A DNA stretch of 64,000 nucleotides. Origin: Methanotrichaceae archaeon. Its GTDB lineage: Archaea > Halobacteriota > Methanosarcinia > Methanotrichales > Methanotrichaceae. How positions within the stretch are numbered: position 1 is the stretch's first letter; each line of letters begins with the position of its first letter. Positions 30,210 through 41,118 of the stretch are shown here, in pieces. Location: NCBI GenBank assembly GCA_963803145.1, contig CAWDLW010000017.1, forward strand, positions 64,001 through 128,000, in the 5' to 3' direction. The notes beneath the pieces were generated by a model, which saw only the letters and a program-made list of their open reading frames with translations, did no database searches and was not told where the DNA came from. Made by a program: the position numbers and the translations under genes.

Positions 30210-31604
30210 ATGGCGCGCTTGGTAATGAAGTTTGGCGGAGTCTCAGTCGCGGATGGCAGCAGGCTAAGGCACGTTGGGGAGCTTGTAAAGAGCTTCAACC
30301 GTGACAATGAGATTGTTCTTGTAACTTCTGCCCTTCAAGGAGTCACTGATTCTCTCCTTGAATGCGCTAAGAAGGCAGCAAATGATGGGAACGTGGCTGA
30401 AGTGCTGGAGTTTATTGAAAAGCTGACAGACAGGCACGCTAAGGCCATAAAAGATGCTATAAAAGATCCAGAGATTGCAAAAGAAGTCCAAAAGATAATT
30501 ACGCAAAGGCTTAATGAGCTGGAGAAGGCATATATCGGCATCTGTTACCTAGGCGAGCTTACGCCCAGATCTTTGGATTACATCTCAAGTTATGGAGAGC
30601 AACTCGCAGCACCCATACTCTCTGGAGTTCTGAGGGATATGGAGATAGACTCCATGGCCTATACAGGATCTGAAGTAGGTATAGTCACGGATAGCAATTA
30701 CGGAGATTCAAGGCCCCTTGACAGGACTTACAACTTGATTCCTCAGAAGCTGCTGCCTCTCAAAGGGATTCCCGTGGTTACAGGTTTCATAGCCAAGGAC
30801 GAGAAGGGCATTACCACCACCCTTGGTCGTGGGGGCTCGGATCTTTCGGCTTCGCTAATAGGTGCAGCGATAGATGCCGATGAAATCTGGTTTTGGAAGG
30901 AGACCTCTGGAGTGATGACCACTGATCCGAAGATAGTTCCTGAGGCCAAGCCTATACCGACGATCTCCTATCGTGAGGCTATGGAGATGTCTTATTTTGG
31001 GGCCAAAGTTCTTCACCCAAGAGCTATCGAGCCTGCGATTAAGAAGGGGATTCCTGTGCGTGTGAAGTGCACATTTGATCCGAGCAGCCCTGGAACCCAA
31101 ATAGTTCATGATGATATCCCGAAGGCGGATGTTATCAAGTCTATAACGCTGAATAAGAACATCGCCCTTCTGAATATTGCAGGAGCTGGGATGATAGGGA
31201 CTCCAGGCATAGCTGCACGCGCCTTTACAGCTCTGGCGACGGCAGGAGCAAACATCGTCATGATCAGCCAGGCATCATCCGAGGCAAATATATCCATGGT
31301 AATTGAGGAGAAGCAGCTTGAGAAGGCAGAGAGTGCTCTTCGATCGGAGTTCCCTAAGGATCTCGTCAAAGAGATCTCAAATAACCGCGATGCATGTGTT
31401 GTAGCAGTCGTGGGCGCTGGAATGGCAGGTACGCCAGGCGTAGCTGGACGCGTCTTCAAGGCAATGGGTAAGGCTGGAATAAACGTGATGATGATCAGCC
31501 AGGGCTCAAGTGAGCACAACATATCCTTCGTTGTCGCAAGCAAAGATGCAGAGAAGGCCGTGCAGGAGCTTCACAGCGAGTTCTGCCTAGGAGGTGCGTC
31601 ATGA
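30210..31604 (+). CDS. lysC: Aspartate kinase with ACT domains
   Basis: MKFGG, TTLGRGGSD, FGAKVLHP, two ACT repeats. Confidence 0.93.
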   Translation: MARLVMKFGGVSVADGSRLRHVGELVKSFNRDNEIVLVTSALQGVTDSLLECAKKAANDGNVAEVLEFIEKLTDRHAKAIKDAIKDPEIAKEVQKIITQRLNELEKAYIGICYLGELTPRSLDYISSYGEQLAAPILSGVLRDMEIDSMAYTGSEVGIVTDSNYGDSRPLDRTYNLIPQKLLPLKGIPVVTGFIAKDEKGITTTLGRGGSDLSASLIGAAIDADEIWFWKETSGVMTTDPKIVPEAKPIPTISYREAMEMSYFGAKVLHPRAIEPAIKKGIPVRVKCTFDPSSPGTQIVHDDIPKADVIKSITLNKNIALLNIAGAGMIGTPGIAARAFTALATAGANIVMISQASSEANISMVIEEKQLEKAESALRSEFPKDLVKEISNNRDACVVAVVGAGMAGTPGVAGRVFKAMGKAGINVMMISQGSSEHNISFVVASKDAEKAVQELHSEFCLGGAS

Positions 31605-32596
31605 AGCGGCTCACATATGCCGAGTCCGGCGTGGATATCCATGCAGAAAATAGATCCATTGATGCCATGAAAGCGGTACTTACGACTAAGCGCAAAGGGT
31701 TTGGGGCGCCGCTTACGGATATAGGCCATTATGCAGGCCTCTTGGATATGGGAAGCTTTGCCCTGGCGATGACAACAGATGGCGTAGGCTCGAAGGTTCT
31801 CATAGCAAATGCCATGAAGAAATGGGATACTATCGGGATAGATTGTATCGCAATGAACGTAAACGACCTTTATGCCATTGGCGCCGAGCCGATAGCTTTT
31901 GTCGACTACCTGGCAGTGGAGAAGGTCGATCCTGAGAGATCAGGGCAGATAGCCATTGGCCTTCAGAAAGGTGCCCAGCTCTCCAACATGACGATCGTAG
32001 GAGGCGAGACTGCATCACTGCCTGAAATAATACGTGGATTAGATCTGGCAGGAACAGCCATAGGTGTTGTCGACAAGGATAAGATCGTAACCGGAGAAAA
32101 GATAAAAGTCGGCGATGTCCTGGTGGGCGTTCCAAGCGATGGCCTTCACAGCAACGGCTATACCCTGGCTAGAAGAATCATCGCAGAATCGAAGTACACC
32201 TATTTCGATAAAATGCCCGGCTCAGACAGGACGATAGGCGAGGAACTCCTTACACCCACGCGGATCTACTACGAGATCATTGGGCTTGTCAAGAAGTGTG
32301 ACGTTCACGGTTTGGCGCATATAACTGGGTCTGGTTTACTCAAGCTACATAGAATAACAAACTTAGGGTTTGAGATAACAGATCCTCTTACGCCTCAGCC
32401 CATTTTCAGGTTCCTTCAGGAGCTTGGAAACGTGGATGATGCTGAGATGTACAGGACTTTCAATATGGGGATGGGGTTCGTAGTAGTAGTACCCGAAAAG
32501 GATGCCAAAAACGCTTGTGAGATAATGGGATCAGGCTCTAAAGTCATAGGCTCAATAGTAAAAGAGGGTTTGAAGGCCGGAAAGCTGAATCTTTAA
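31601..32596 (+). CDS. purM: Phosphoribosylformylglycinamidine cyclo-ligase (AIR synthase)
   Basis: TYAESGVD, DGVGSK, GGETA, GLHSNGY, HITG, TFNMGMG. Confidence 0.96.
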   Translation: MKRLTYAESGVDIHAENRSIDAMKAVLTTKRKGFGAPLTDIGHYAGLLDMGSFALAMTTDGVGSKVLIANAMKKWDTIGIDCIAMNVNDLYAIGAEPIAFVDYLAVEKVDPERSGQIAIGLQKGAQLSNMTIVGGETASLPEIIRGLDLAGTAIGVVDKDKIVTGEKIKVGDVLVGVPSDGLHSNGYTLARRIIAESKYTYFDKMPGSDRTIGEELLTPTRIYYEIIGLVKKCDVHGLAHITGSGLLKLHRITNLGFEITDPLTPQPIFRFLQELGNVDDAEMYRTFNMGMGFVVVVPEKDAKNACEIMGSGSKVIGSIVKEGLKAGKLNL

Positions 32597-32606
32597 GGGC
32601 AACTGT

Positions 32607-33407
32607 CTATTGCCCTTTGGCCTCAGCGCTTTTCGTGGCCTCCTCCTTTGCTACCTCGCCGAACATCTCCTCTAATTTGCTCTTTATTTTCTTTATCTCT
32701 TCTACTGCAGGGCCGCCGACATCTATGGGTGCACGGCCGCTGAGGTCAGCCTCGATGAGGTTCCTATCATAAGGTATTGTGCCTATTATCGGAATGCCCA
32801 TCTGCTTGAGCTTTTCCTCAACTATTCCCGGCTCACTGGCTTTGTTTATAACTGCAAGATACCTCATGATACCTATTTCCTTTCCCAGCTGCATTATCCT
32901 CTCCACGGTCTCTATGGACCTCATGCCTGGCTCGACAACTGCTATCATCGCATCGACACCGCGGGCTGTGGCTCTGCCAAGATGCTCTATGCCGGCCTCC
33001 ATATCCAGTATCACTAGATCCTTTTCGCGGGTAATCACGTGTCGTATGAGGGCTTTTACGAAGGAGTTGGCAGGGCACATGCACCCCGAGCCTCCGGTAT
33101 CGACAGTTCCCATGACCACGAGCTTTACATTATCAGGACCTGTGCAGCCGCACATCTGCACTACATCGTCCACTTTGGGGTTGAGCTTGAACATACCCAT
33201 CGGCATGCCGGCACGCTCCTGGACAAGATCTTTATGCTCAGTGACTGGCCTTGGTAGCTTCTTTATTCCTATGGCGGAGCCAAGGTTCATGCTGGGATCT
33301 GCGTCAATTGCGAGTACGTTGTAGCCGTCGCGTGCAAAGAGCCTGGCAAGTGTTCCTGCCAGGGTGGTCTTGCCAACGCCGCCCTTTCCTGAGATTGCTA
33401 TCTTCAT
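32607..33407 (-). CDS. cooC: CooC/AcsF-type nickel-insertion ATPase
   Basis: GKGGVGKT, DADP, GCMC, DMEAGIEHLGR. Confidence 0.85.
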   Translation of the reverse strand: MKIAISGKGGVGKTTLAGTLARLFARDGYNVLAIDADPSMNLGSAIGIKKLPRPVTEHKDLVQERAGMPMGMFKLNPKVDDVVQMCGCTGPDNVKLVVMGTVDTGGSGCMCPANSFVKALIRHVITREKDLVILDMEAGIEHLGRATARGVDAMIAVVEPGMRSIETVERIMQLGKEIGIMRYLAVINKASEPGIVEEKLKQMGIPIIGTIPYDRNLIEADLSGRAPIDVGGPAVEEIKKIKSKLEEMFGEVAKEEATKSAEAKGQ

Positions 33408-33489
33408 CTAGAGTCCTCGTGAAAACGAATTCATATTTTTGGTATGTGTTTATATCGGTTCTGTGTGAATATAGTTTATTGGTATCAGG

Positions 33490-35520
33490 ATGATTGGACG
33501 CATAAGAAAGCGAGATGGAAGAATTGAGAACTTCCAGCCAGCCAAGATCACTGTCGCAATTGGCAAGGCTTTCAAGGCAGTCGGCATAGATGATTCTAAG
33601 GCCCCTTCTGAGCTGGCGGGGCGCGTTATCGGAATAGCAGAAGAAAAGTTTCCCGATACTGTGCCGGGTGTTGAGGATATCCAGGATATAGTTGAGAAAG
33701 TTCTGATCGATGCAGGTTATGCAGATGTCGCCAAGGCCTACATCCTCTACAGGCAGAGGCGGAGTGAGATACGCGATGCAAAGCGCTATCTGGGCGTGGC
33801 CGATGATCTGAAGCTCAGCGTGAATGCAATAGAGGTTTTGAAGAAAAGGTATTTGCAGCGCGATGAAAAGGGGAATGTTGTTGAGATGCCCGGAGAGCTG
33901 TTCAATCGCGTAGCAACGTATGTCTCCAGGGCGGAGGCGAAGTACGGTGGAGATGCCGACTCATGCCGACAAGGTTTCCTGAAGGCGATGTCGAACCTGC
34001 TGTTTATGCCGAACTCCCCCACGCTGATGAATGCTGGCCTTGAGCTTGGCCAGCTCTCGGCCTGCTTTGTCCTTCCTGTCGAGGATTCTCTTGAAGGCAT
34101 CTTTGATACTCTGAAGCATATGGCGCTCATCCATCAGAGCGGAGGCGGAACAGGATTCTCTTTTTCAAAAATCAGGCCGAAGAACGATGTTGTCAGAAGC
34201 ACTGGCGGTGTGGCAAGTGGGCCTGTCTCCTTCATGAGCATCTACGATGCTGCGACAAATGTTATCAAGCAGGGCGGCCGCAGGCGGGGCGCAAACATGG
34301 GCGTACTCCGCATAGATCATCCCGATATCCTTGAGTTTATTGAGGCCAAGCAGCAGCCGGGCTTCCTCGAGAACTTCAATATCTCTGTTGCTGCGACCGA
34401 TAATTTTATGCGACTGGCGCGTTCGGGCGGAGCTCTCGACCTTATCAACCCGAGAAATGGCGCTGTCACTGGAAGCCTGGATGCCCCGGAGATGATGAAT
34501 CTCATCGCAAACTCTGCATGGCGCGGCGGAGATCCCGGTATGATATTCATCGATAGGATTAACGAGCTTCATCCAATTCCTGGTATCATAGAGGCTACAA
34601 ACCCCTGTGGGGAGCAGCCGCTTTTGCCATATGAGTCATGTAATCTCGGCTCCATAAACCTCTCGAAGCTGGTCGAGAATAACGAGATCAAATGGGATCA
34701 GCTAGGGGATCTTGTGCGCCTGGGAGTGCACTTCCTGGATGATGTAATCGAGGTGAACAAGCTTCCATTGAGACAGATCGAGGAGGCGACATTGAGAACG
34801 CGCAAGATCGGCCTTGGGGTCATGGGATTTGCAGAGATGCTGATTGAGATGAACATCTCCTATGATTCCGAGGATGCAATACGCACTGCAGAGAAGACCA
34901 TGAAATATATCTCAGATCTCGGAAGGGAGGTGTCTGAGAAATTAGGGGAGGAACGCGGATCATTTCCGCTTTTTGAAGAGTCCAAGCTCAAGAGCTGGAG
35001 TGCGATGCGAAATTCGACAGTTACGACAGTCGCACCTACCGGCACTATCAGCATCATCGCAGGAACGAGCAGCGGCATTGAGCCGCTGTTCGCAGTTTCA
35101 TTCGTTCGCCATGTGCTTGAAGGTGCAAAGCTGTTCGAGGTGTCGCCGCTCTTTGAAAGGGCTGCACGACAGCGTGGAATCTATAGCCAGAGCCTGATGA
35201 CTGAGGTTGCGAAGAAGGGATCTGTTCAGGATATTGCCGAGGTGCCCAAAGACATGAAAGAGATATTCGTAACTGCGCTTGACATACCGCCTGAGCAGCA
35301 TGTGAGAATACAGGCAGCCTTCCAGAAGTACACAGATAATGGCGTATCCAAGACTGTGAATTTGCCGCAGAGCGCCAATGTTAGCGATGTACTGAAGGTT
35401 TACAATTTGGCATATGATCTGGGATGCAAGGGCGTGACCGTGTTCAGATATGGAAGCCGAGGCCAGGTGCTTTATTTGGGTGATGAGGAGACCGTGCCTG
35501 GGTGCAAGTATTGCGGATAA
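33490..35520 (+). CDS. nrdJ: Class II (adenosylcobalamin) ribonucleotide reductase with ATP-cone
   Basis: IRKRDG ATP-cone, PNSPTLMN, SACF, TNPCGEQ, APTGTIS, C-terminal CKYC. Confidence 0.93.
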   Translation: MIGRIRKRDGRIENFQPAKITVAIGKAFKAVGIDDSKAPSELAGRVIGIAEEKFPDTVPGVEDIQDIVEKVLIDAGYADVAKAYILYRQRRSEIRDAKRYLGVADDLKLSVNAIEVLKKRYLQRDEKGNVVEMPGELFNRVATYVSRAEAKYGGDADSCRQGFLKAMSNLLFMPNSPTLMNAGLELGQLSACFVLPVEDSLEGIFDTLKHMALIHQSGGGTGFSFSKIRPKNDVVRSTGGVASGPVSFMSIYDAATNVIKQGGRRRGANMGVLRIDHPDILEFIEAKQQPGFLENFNISVAATDNFMRLARSGGALDLINPRNGAVTGSLDAPEMMNLIANSAWRGGDPGMIFIDRINELHPIPGIIEATNPCGEQPLLPYESCNLGSINLSKLVENNEIKWDQLGDLVRLGVHFLDDVIEVNKLPLRQIEEATLRTRKIGLGVMGFAEMLIEMNISYDSEDAIRTAEKTMKYISDLGREVSEKLGEERGSFPLFEESKLKSWSAMRNSTVTTVAPTGTISIIAGTSSGIEPLFAVSFVRHVLEGAKLFEVSPLFERAARQRGIYSQSLMTEVAKKGSVQDIAEVPKDMKEIFVTALDIPPEQHVRIQAAFQKYTDNGVSKTVNLPQSANVSDVLKVYNLAYDLGCKGVTVFRYGSRGQVLYLGDEETVPGCKYCG

Positions 35521-35913
35521 GTCGATATGCTATCTCTATATAAATCATCTTAATGATTCGTTGAACTGTGCACTAAGTATGAAAAACCGATAAGCTATGG
35601 GACTTATCTCATAGGAAGGAAAAGTCAATTCGGCATTTGGGCCTGCTATCCTAATTCAAGAGCCTTTGCCTTCCTTCTGGGGCTAACACTAACTACACTC
35701 TAGCGCGCTCAGTCGCCGTGCGGGCTGCCCCTAACCCCTCTCTGGGGGAAGGTTATGGAAAACGCATGCTATATGGTTGAAGGGAATAAGATGAAGAATC
35801 CCTCTATCTATCGTGCCTAATCACTAGAGGAGTTCTTTAATATTCGGGAGAATCCCTAATCGGAAGAGGATATTTGGCTAATTTCACTTCAAAGCCGGAG
35901 GATCGCTATAGCT

Positions 35914-36915
35914 ATGGTTTCTTCTATTGATGTCAAGGGCTGGATTGAGCTCGATGGAAAGCGAATCTCAGAGAGCGATCTTAAGAACATCCTTGCTGGA
36001 AATCCCGACGCCATCTCAAGATTCGGCGGCGAGTTCCTCCTCAAATGGAACGGATGCAAGGCGCGTGATCACTTTGGGATCATGCCAGGAGACTGCCCTG
36101 CAGGGTCGGTTGTCTGCGGCGACAAAGAGATCGGAAAATTAAATCCAGCATACCTGCTCATGGATCTGGGCGAGGCCATAGAGATCGCTGTCCGGCTCAG
36201 AAGTGATGAGGGTGTTGTTGCACTCTCAGGTGGCGTGGATTCTGCCCTCGTTGCCAGGCTGGCAGGGCGAGAATGCATTGCTGTAGGGATCGAAGGCTCT
36301 CATGATCTGAGGCACGCAAAGGAGGTGGCGAGCGAGCTGGCGTTGCCATTAACGGCGGTAGTTATCGATCCGAAAACAGTAGAAGATGCATTGGCTCAGG
36401 TGCTGCGTGTCATACCGATGACTGATCCTGTGAATGCATCTATTGCGGCCACTCTACATTATGTTGCCGAGTGGGCAGGACACAATGGTTACAGGCGCAT
36501 ACTTGCAGGTCAGGGAGCGGATGAGCTCTTTGGGGGATATGCACGTTACCTCCAAACGGATACTCTCGCAATGGATCTCGAGAGGGATTTTCATGGCCTA
36601 AGCGTACAGCTTGCCAGAGACCAGGCAGTAGCCGCGCTCCATGGCACATACTTTTCACTGCCATATATGGATGTGAGAGTTGTGCAGGCTGCACGAGCCA
36701 TTCCCCCTGACGAAAAGGTGCGAGATGGGATCCGGAAGCGACCTCTGAGAGCGGTGGCCGAGCGTTACCTTCCGCCGTCTATTGCCCAATATGAGAAAAA
36801 AGCTATGCAATACGGCAGCGGCATAATGAAAGTGATACAAAGGCTTGCAAGCCAAAGCGGCTATAAGAACTCTATACAGGATTATCTGGCACAGATATCC
36901 GCCCCAAAAGATTGA
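35914..36915 (+). CDS. Asparagine synthase-like ATP pyrophosphatase with reduced N-terminal domain
   Basis: ALSGGVDS, GQGADELFGGY, KKAMQYGSG. Confidence 0.85.
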   Translation: MVSSIDVKGWIELDGKRISESDLKNILAGNPDAISRFGGEFLLKWNGCKARDHFGIMPGDCPAGSVVCGDKEIGKLNPAYLLMDLGEAIEIAVRLRSDEGVVALSGGVDSALVARLAGRECIAVGIEGSHDLRHAKEVASELALPLTAVVIDPKTVEDALAQVLRVIPMTDPVNASIAATLHYVAEWAGHNGYRRILAGQGADELFGGYARYLQTDTLAMDLERDFHGLSVQLARDQAVAALHGTYFSLPYMDVRVVQAARAIPPDEKVRDGIRKRPLRAVAERYLPPSIAQYEKKAMQYGSGIMKVIQRLASQSGYKNSIQDYLAQISAPKD

Positions 36916-36993
36916 GGCATAAGCCGATGCAGGGATGGGGACGTAGCTGCCTCTTTGATATCTACGGATATGGTAATTGATTATATAGACATA

Positions 36994-37431
36994 TTATGTT
37001 GATAATTCTGAAGCTATAAGCTGAGGTCCCGATAGTGTATCCTGCGGTTGAGACATATTACGTTCAATCGCCGCCTTTAGTTCCTCTTTTTTTAATGGCT
37101 TTGCGAGCAGATCATCGGCGCCCACGTCATAACATAGATCGCGACATGTATCCAATTCAAATGCAGTAGCCACTATAATCTTCGGGCCAGGAGACCAGCA
37201 TTTTCTTATTATCCTGATGGCCTCGATGCCGTCCATCTCCGGCATCTGAATATCCATAAGAATAAGATCATAGATTTGGCTCTCGAGCGCATGCAGAACC
37301 TCTGCACCATTGGACGCCACATCTGCATGGTACCCAAGTTTTTCGAGCATTTTTATGGCGATTTTTTGATTTAAAGGATCATCTTCTGCTATAATGATAT
37401 TTACTGTGTTATAGCTATTTACAGATCTCAT
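36994..37431 (-). CDS. Single-domain response regulator
   Basis: AEDD, LMDIQMPEMDG, ATA, KP. Confidence 0.9.
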   Translation of the reverse strand: MRSVNSYNTVNIIIAEDDPLNQKIAIKMLEKLGYHADVASNGAEVLHALESQIYDLILMDIQMPEMDGIEAIRIIRKCWSPGPKIIVATAFELDTCRDLCYDVGADDLLAKPLKKEELKAAIERNMSQPQDTLSGPQLIASELST

Positions 37432-37688
37432 CCATCCCCGCCCCTTATTTAGCTTGGTACTTTATAGCACTCCGAATAATACTATTTTCGATAAGCTTAG
37501 CCTATCTTCAGTCTCCAATTATTTTTAAACCTTATAAATGTTTCGGATAATCGTTAAGTAACATTATAATCATAGTATAGAAAATATTATTATGGATTCA
37601 TAATCTATTTCATATTCCGACAAAACATGTGTACAGCATGAATTAGCCCGTTTTGAGGTATCTTAAGCCGGCAGTCCACCCGTATTGA

Positions 37689-38267
<579 letters not shown>

Positions 38268-38387
38268 ACCATTTGAAGCTACATCTAAGTGAAGGCATAT
38301 CCTTTTTGATTTTCTTAAGCTGTTCGATATAGTCTCAGGGCAGCTCTCGCAAATCTAAAGACCAATGCAAGCAGGATATTTGCCCTA

Positions 38388-39320
38388 ATGGATTTCTTCA
38401 CCCATCTTATGGTAGGCTTCATCGTCTCATCGCTCGCAAGCGGCTCATTTCATAATAACTATGTGATATTTGGAACTCTAATGGCTGGGCTTCCGGATTT
38501 CGATGTTTTCCTTTATCCTTTATGGAAGAGTCTTCCGATAACCCGCCATCATGGGATAACACATATGATAATATTCATTGTGATAGTATCTGGGCTTGTT
38601 AATATTCTGCTCACTATTTTTACAGGCAGTGCAGATGTGAAGCTATTCCTTTTGATGTGTCTGACTGGCATGTCTCACATCTTCGGTGATTTCATAACAA
38701 CCTGGGGAGTGAGCCCATTCTATCCTCTAACAAAGAAGTATACAAAGCTGAACCTTGACACAGCCGTAAATCCATATCTTATTCTATACTTCTTTGTAGG
38801 CGTGCTTTTTCTGACAGCGGTTATGTCTGGCCGTATTCCATTGAGCGATATCCGGGCATCTGCACTGCTTGGGATGACTTATGTTGCCTATTTCGTAACC
38901 AGGGCGATCATGAAGCTTTATTTCACGAGCATACCTGAAAACAAAGGGTTTACTGCGCTTCCTACATTTTCGCCTACTCGATGGAAGTTCGTAAAAAAAA
39001 TAGATGCGGATGATATGATAAAAATCATTATAAAAAATAATCGCTTGAAGGAGTATACGATACCTAAAGAAGGATTAAAAGAGATAAAAACATGCGATGA
39101 TCTTGTCAGCACCTATTGGCACCCGCGCGTTCAGGAATATATGCGCGTTTTCAGCTATCCATACTATACAATCGATTGCAAAGACGGAAAATTTGAGATA
39201 ATCTGGCACTCGGCTGAGATGGGGGATAATATGCAAATAAATGTAAGGTATGATGGCGATTTTAAAGTGAACTCCGAATTTATAAGAGTGCTAAAAAGGC
39301 TACGATCAAATAAAGAGTGA
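38388..39320 (+). CDS. YdjM-like membrane metal-dependent hydrolase
   Basis: MDFFTH, LPDFD, HHGITH, SHIFGD. Confidence 0.85.
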   Translation: MDFFTHLMVGFIVSSLASGSFHNNYVIFGTLMAGLPDFDVFLYPLWKSLPITRHHGITHMIIFIVIVSGLVNILLTIFTGSADVKLFLLMCLTGMSHIFGDFITTWGVSPFYPLTKKYTKLNLDTAVNPYLILYFFVGVLFLTAVMSGRIPLSDIRASALLGMTYVAYFVTRAIMKLYFTSIPENKGFTALPTFSPTRWKFVKKIDADDMIKIIIKNNRLKEYTIPKEGLKEIKTCDDLVSTYWHPRVQEYMRVFSYPYYTIDCKDGKFEIIWHSAEMGDNMQINVRYDGDFKVNSEFIRVLKRLRSNKE

Positions 39321-39413
39321 TCTGTCGCATCTTAAGCAAGGGCGGATGCGGCAGACCAAACACCTGTGCTTATGCTCTCAATTTCGTTTGATATCACCAG
39401 GTGTCAGAGTTTA

Positions 39414-40379
39414 TTACACTTGCGTCGTGTTGTTGCTAGTGGAATTCATTGAACTTGAGTTGCCCAGGATCAATATGGATGATGGGAAGGCAGCAGCATT
39501 TTTAGCATCATCGGGCAGAGTGATACTGATGCTCCTATTAAAGCCGCTGAACATGATTATCTCAGATGTATCAATTGCCATCTTAAGATTTTCTGCCTTT
39601 TTCGCTGGCAATCCAAGCTCTTCTGGAGATAGCGTCATATTCATCGATATATCGACCTTCACTGGAAGAAGCGTTTCCTTTGAGATCCACATGATCTCTG
39701 AAATATTGGTATTGTTGAACAGGCTGCTAAGGTTCAGATGAGAAGTCGTCGAGGGACCAGTCTCGCTCCCTTGGATGCCGATATTATTGGCTTCTTCAAT
39801 GGCTGAATATGCCTTCAGGTTGGGGATGACCTTGATCTTATAGCAATCGATACCATTTACACTCTCATTGCCAAGAAGTGTGACCGTGGAGTTGTTTAGC
39901 TCCTCTTTTTGCCGCTCTATCTCGTTCTCCTGCTTCCAAAGAGTATCAAGAGATGGCCCCACAAGTATTATCTTAGTCCAATTGCTGTCAACCTTCATAT
40001 ACATAGTATCGTTCAGAAGGTATATCTCTGTGGCTAAAGCACTCGCACTCTCCTCCTGGCCCTCTGGCACCGATAGAACTGCCATTGCCATCTTCATTGC
40101 CTTGGCTGTTAGATTCAATGCAGCCACACCGAATGTTCTGGTTGATATCGTCTGAGACTCGGTTTTATTGATCCCTGTGATATTTGCTATCTCTATCCTC
40201 TGGTTCACATCAAGCGTGAAACTATATGTCTCAGGCTTGACAGTTGAACTCAGAATTATGTCTTTCAAGGCGGAACTGTTCGATTCAGATGTATTCGCAA
40301 TGGAGAGATTCTCCCGGGCCGTAGCTGTGATTGCGATCGTCATTAGGATCGCGGCTAACAGGATTATTCCTAACCTCAT
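39414..40379 (-). CDS. Secreted protein, LolA/LppX-like fold
   Basis: Signal peptide; YMKVDSNWTK, ESVNGIDCYKI, WISKETLLP. Confidence 0.7.
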   Translation of the reverse strand: MRLGIILLAAILMTIAITATARENLSIANTSESNSSALKDIILSSTVKPETYSFTLDVNQRIEIANITGINKTESQTISTRTFGVAALNLTAKAMKMAMAVLSVPEGQEESASALATEIYLLNDTMYMKVDSNWTKIILVGPSLDTLWKQENEIERQKEELNNSTVTLLGNESVNGIDCYKIKVIPNLKAYSAIEEANNIGIQGSETGPSTTSHLNLSSLFNNTNISEIMWISKETLLPVKVDISMNMTLSPEELGLPAKKAENLKMAIDTSEIIMFSGFNRSISITLPDDAKNAAAFPSSILILGNSSSMNSTSNNTTQV

Positions 40380-40504
40380 GAATATCCGTCTCCATCATGC
40401 GAAGATATCCTTTTCGGTCATTCCAATCTGCCAGGTTCTAGCTATGGAATATAGCAGTGAATGAAGTATTCAAATGCATTGGATATCATCCAAAAGATAA
40501 CGTC

Positions 40505-41005
40505 TTATTCTATCTTCTTGAATAAATCTCCTCTAGCGCCGCAGACTGGGCAAATTTCAGGAGGCTCCCTCTCAGCAGTCAGACCGCAGACCGGGCAGAC
40601 ATAGTACGGATATGATTCTTTGGACGATTCCTCCAAGTTATCAAGTAAATCGTGATAGAGCCTGGCATGGACCTTCTCGACCTCATTTGCATAGGTGAAT
40701 GTCCTCTCGGCGATCTTATTGCCCTCCGCCTTTGAAGCATCTATCATCTCAGGATACATCTCCTTGAACTCATGCGTTTCACCTGCTAGTGCCTCTCGCA
40801 GGTTTTCTTTGGTGGACTTGACGCCCTTAGAAGCCCTCAGGTGGTTGGCGGCATGAACCGCCTCAGCCTCTGCAGCAGCACGAAAGAGCCTGGCCGCCTG
40901 AGGGTAGCCGTCCTGATCAGCCTTTACAGCAAAGGTCGCGTACCTTCTGTTCGCCTGCGACTCTCCTGCAAATGCCTCCTTTAGGAAATCATCTGTCTTA
41001 GTCAT
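40505..41005 (-). CDS. rbr: Rubrerythrin
   Basis: AFAGESQANRRY, EAVHA, EKVH, CPVCG...CPVCG. Confidence 0.92.
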   Translation of the reverse strand: MTKTDDFLKEAFAGESQANRRYATFAVKADQDGYPQAARLFRAAAEAEAVHAANHLRASKGVKSTKENLREALAGETHEFKEMYPEMIDASKAEGNKIAERTFTYANEVEKVHARLYHDLLDNLEESSKESYPYYVCPVCGLTAEREPPEICPVCGARGDLFKKIE

Positions 41006-41118
41006 TATCAACACACCTCCAGACAATAAGGAGTTATATCCAGAATGATGCTCAAGCCCGATAAATTCTTTGGATGCTTTGATCACCTATAAATTCTCAT
41101 AAACCAAATGAAACAAGG

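Noticed and set aside
35600-35760. SRP RNA, RNase P RNA or cobalamin riboswitch
   Set aside because: Diagnostic motifs are absent and it lies downstream, not upstream, of nrdJ; kept only as an unknown structured element.
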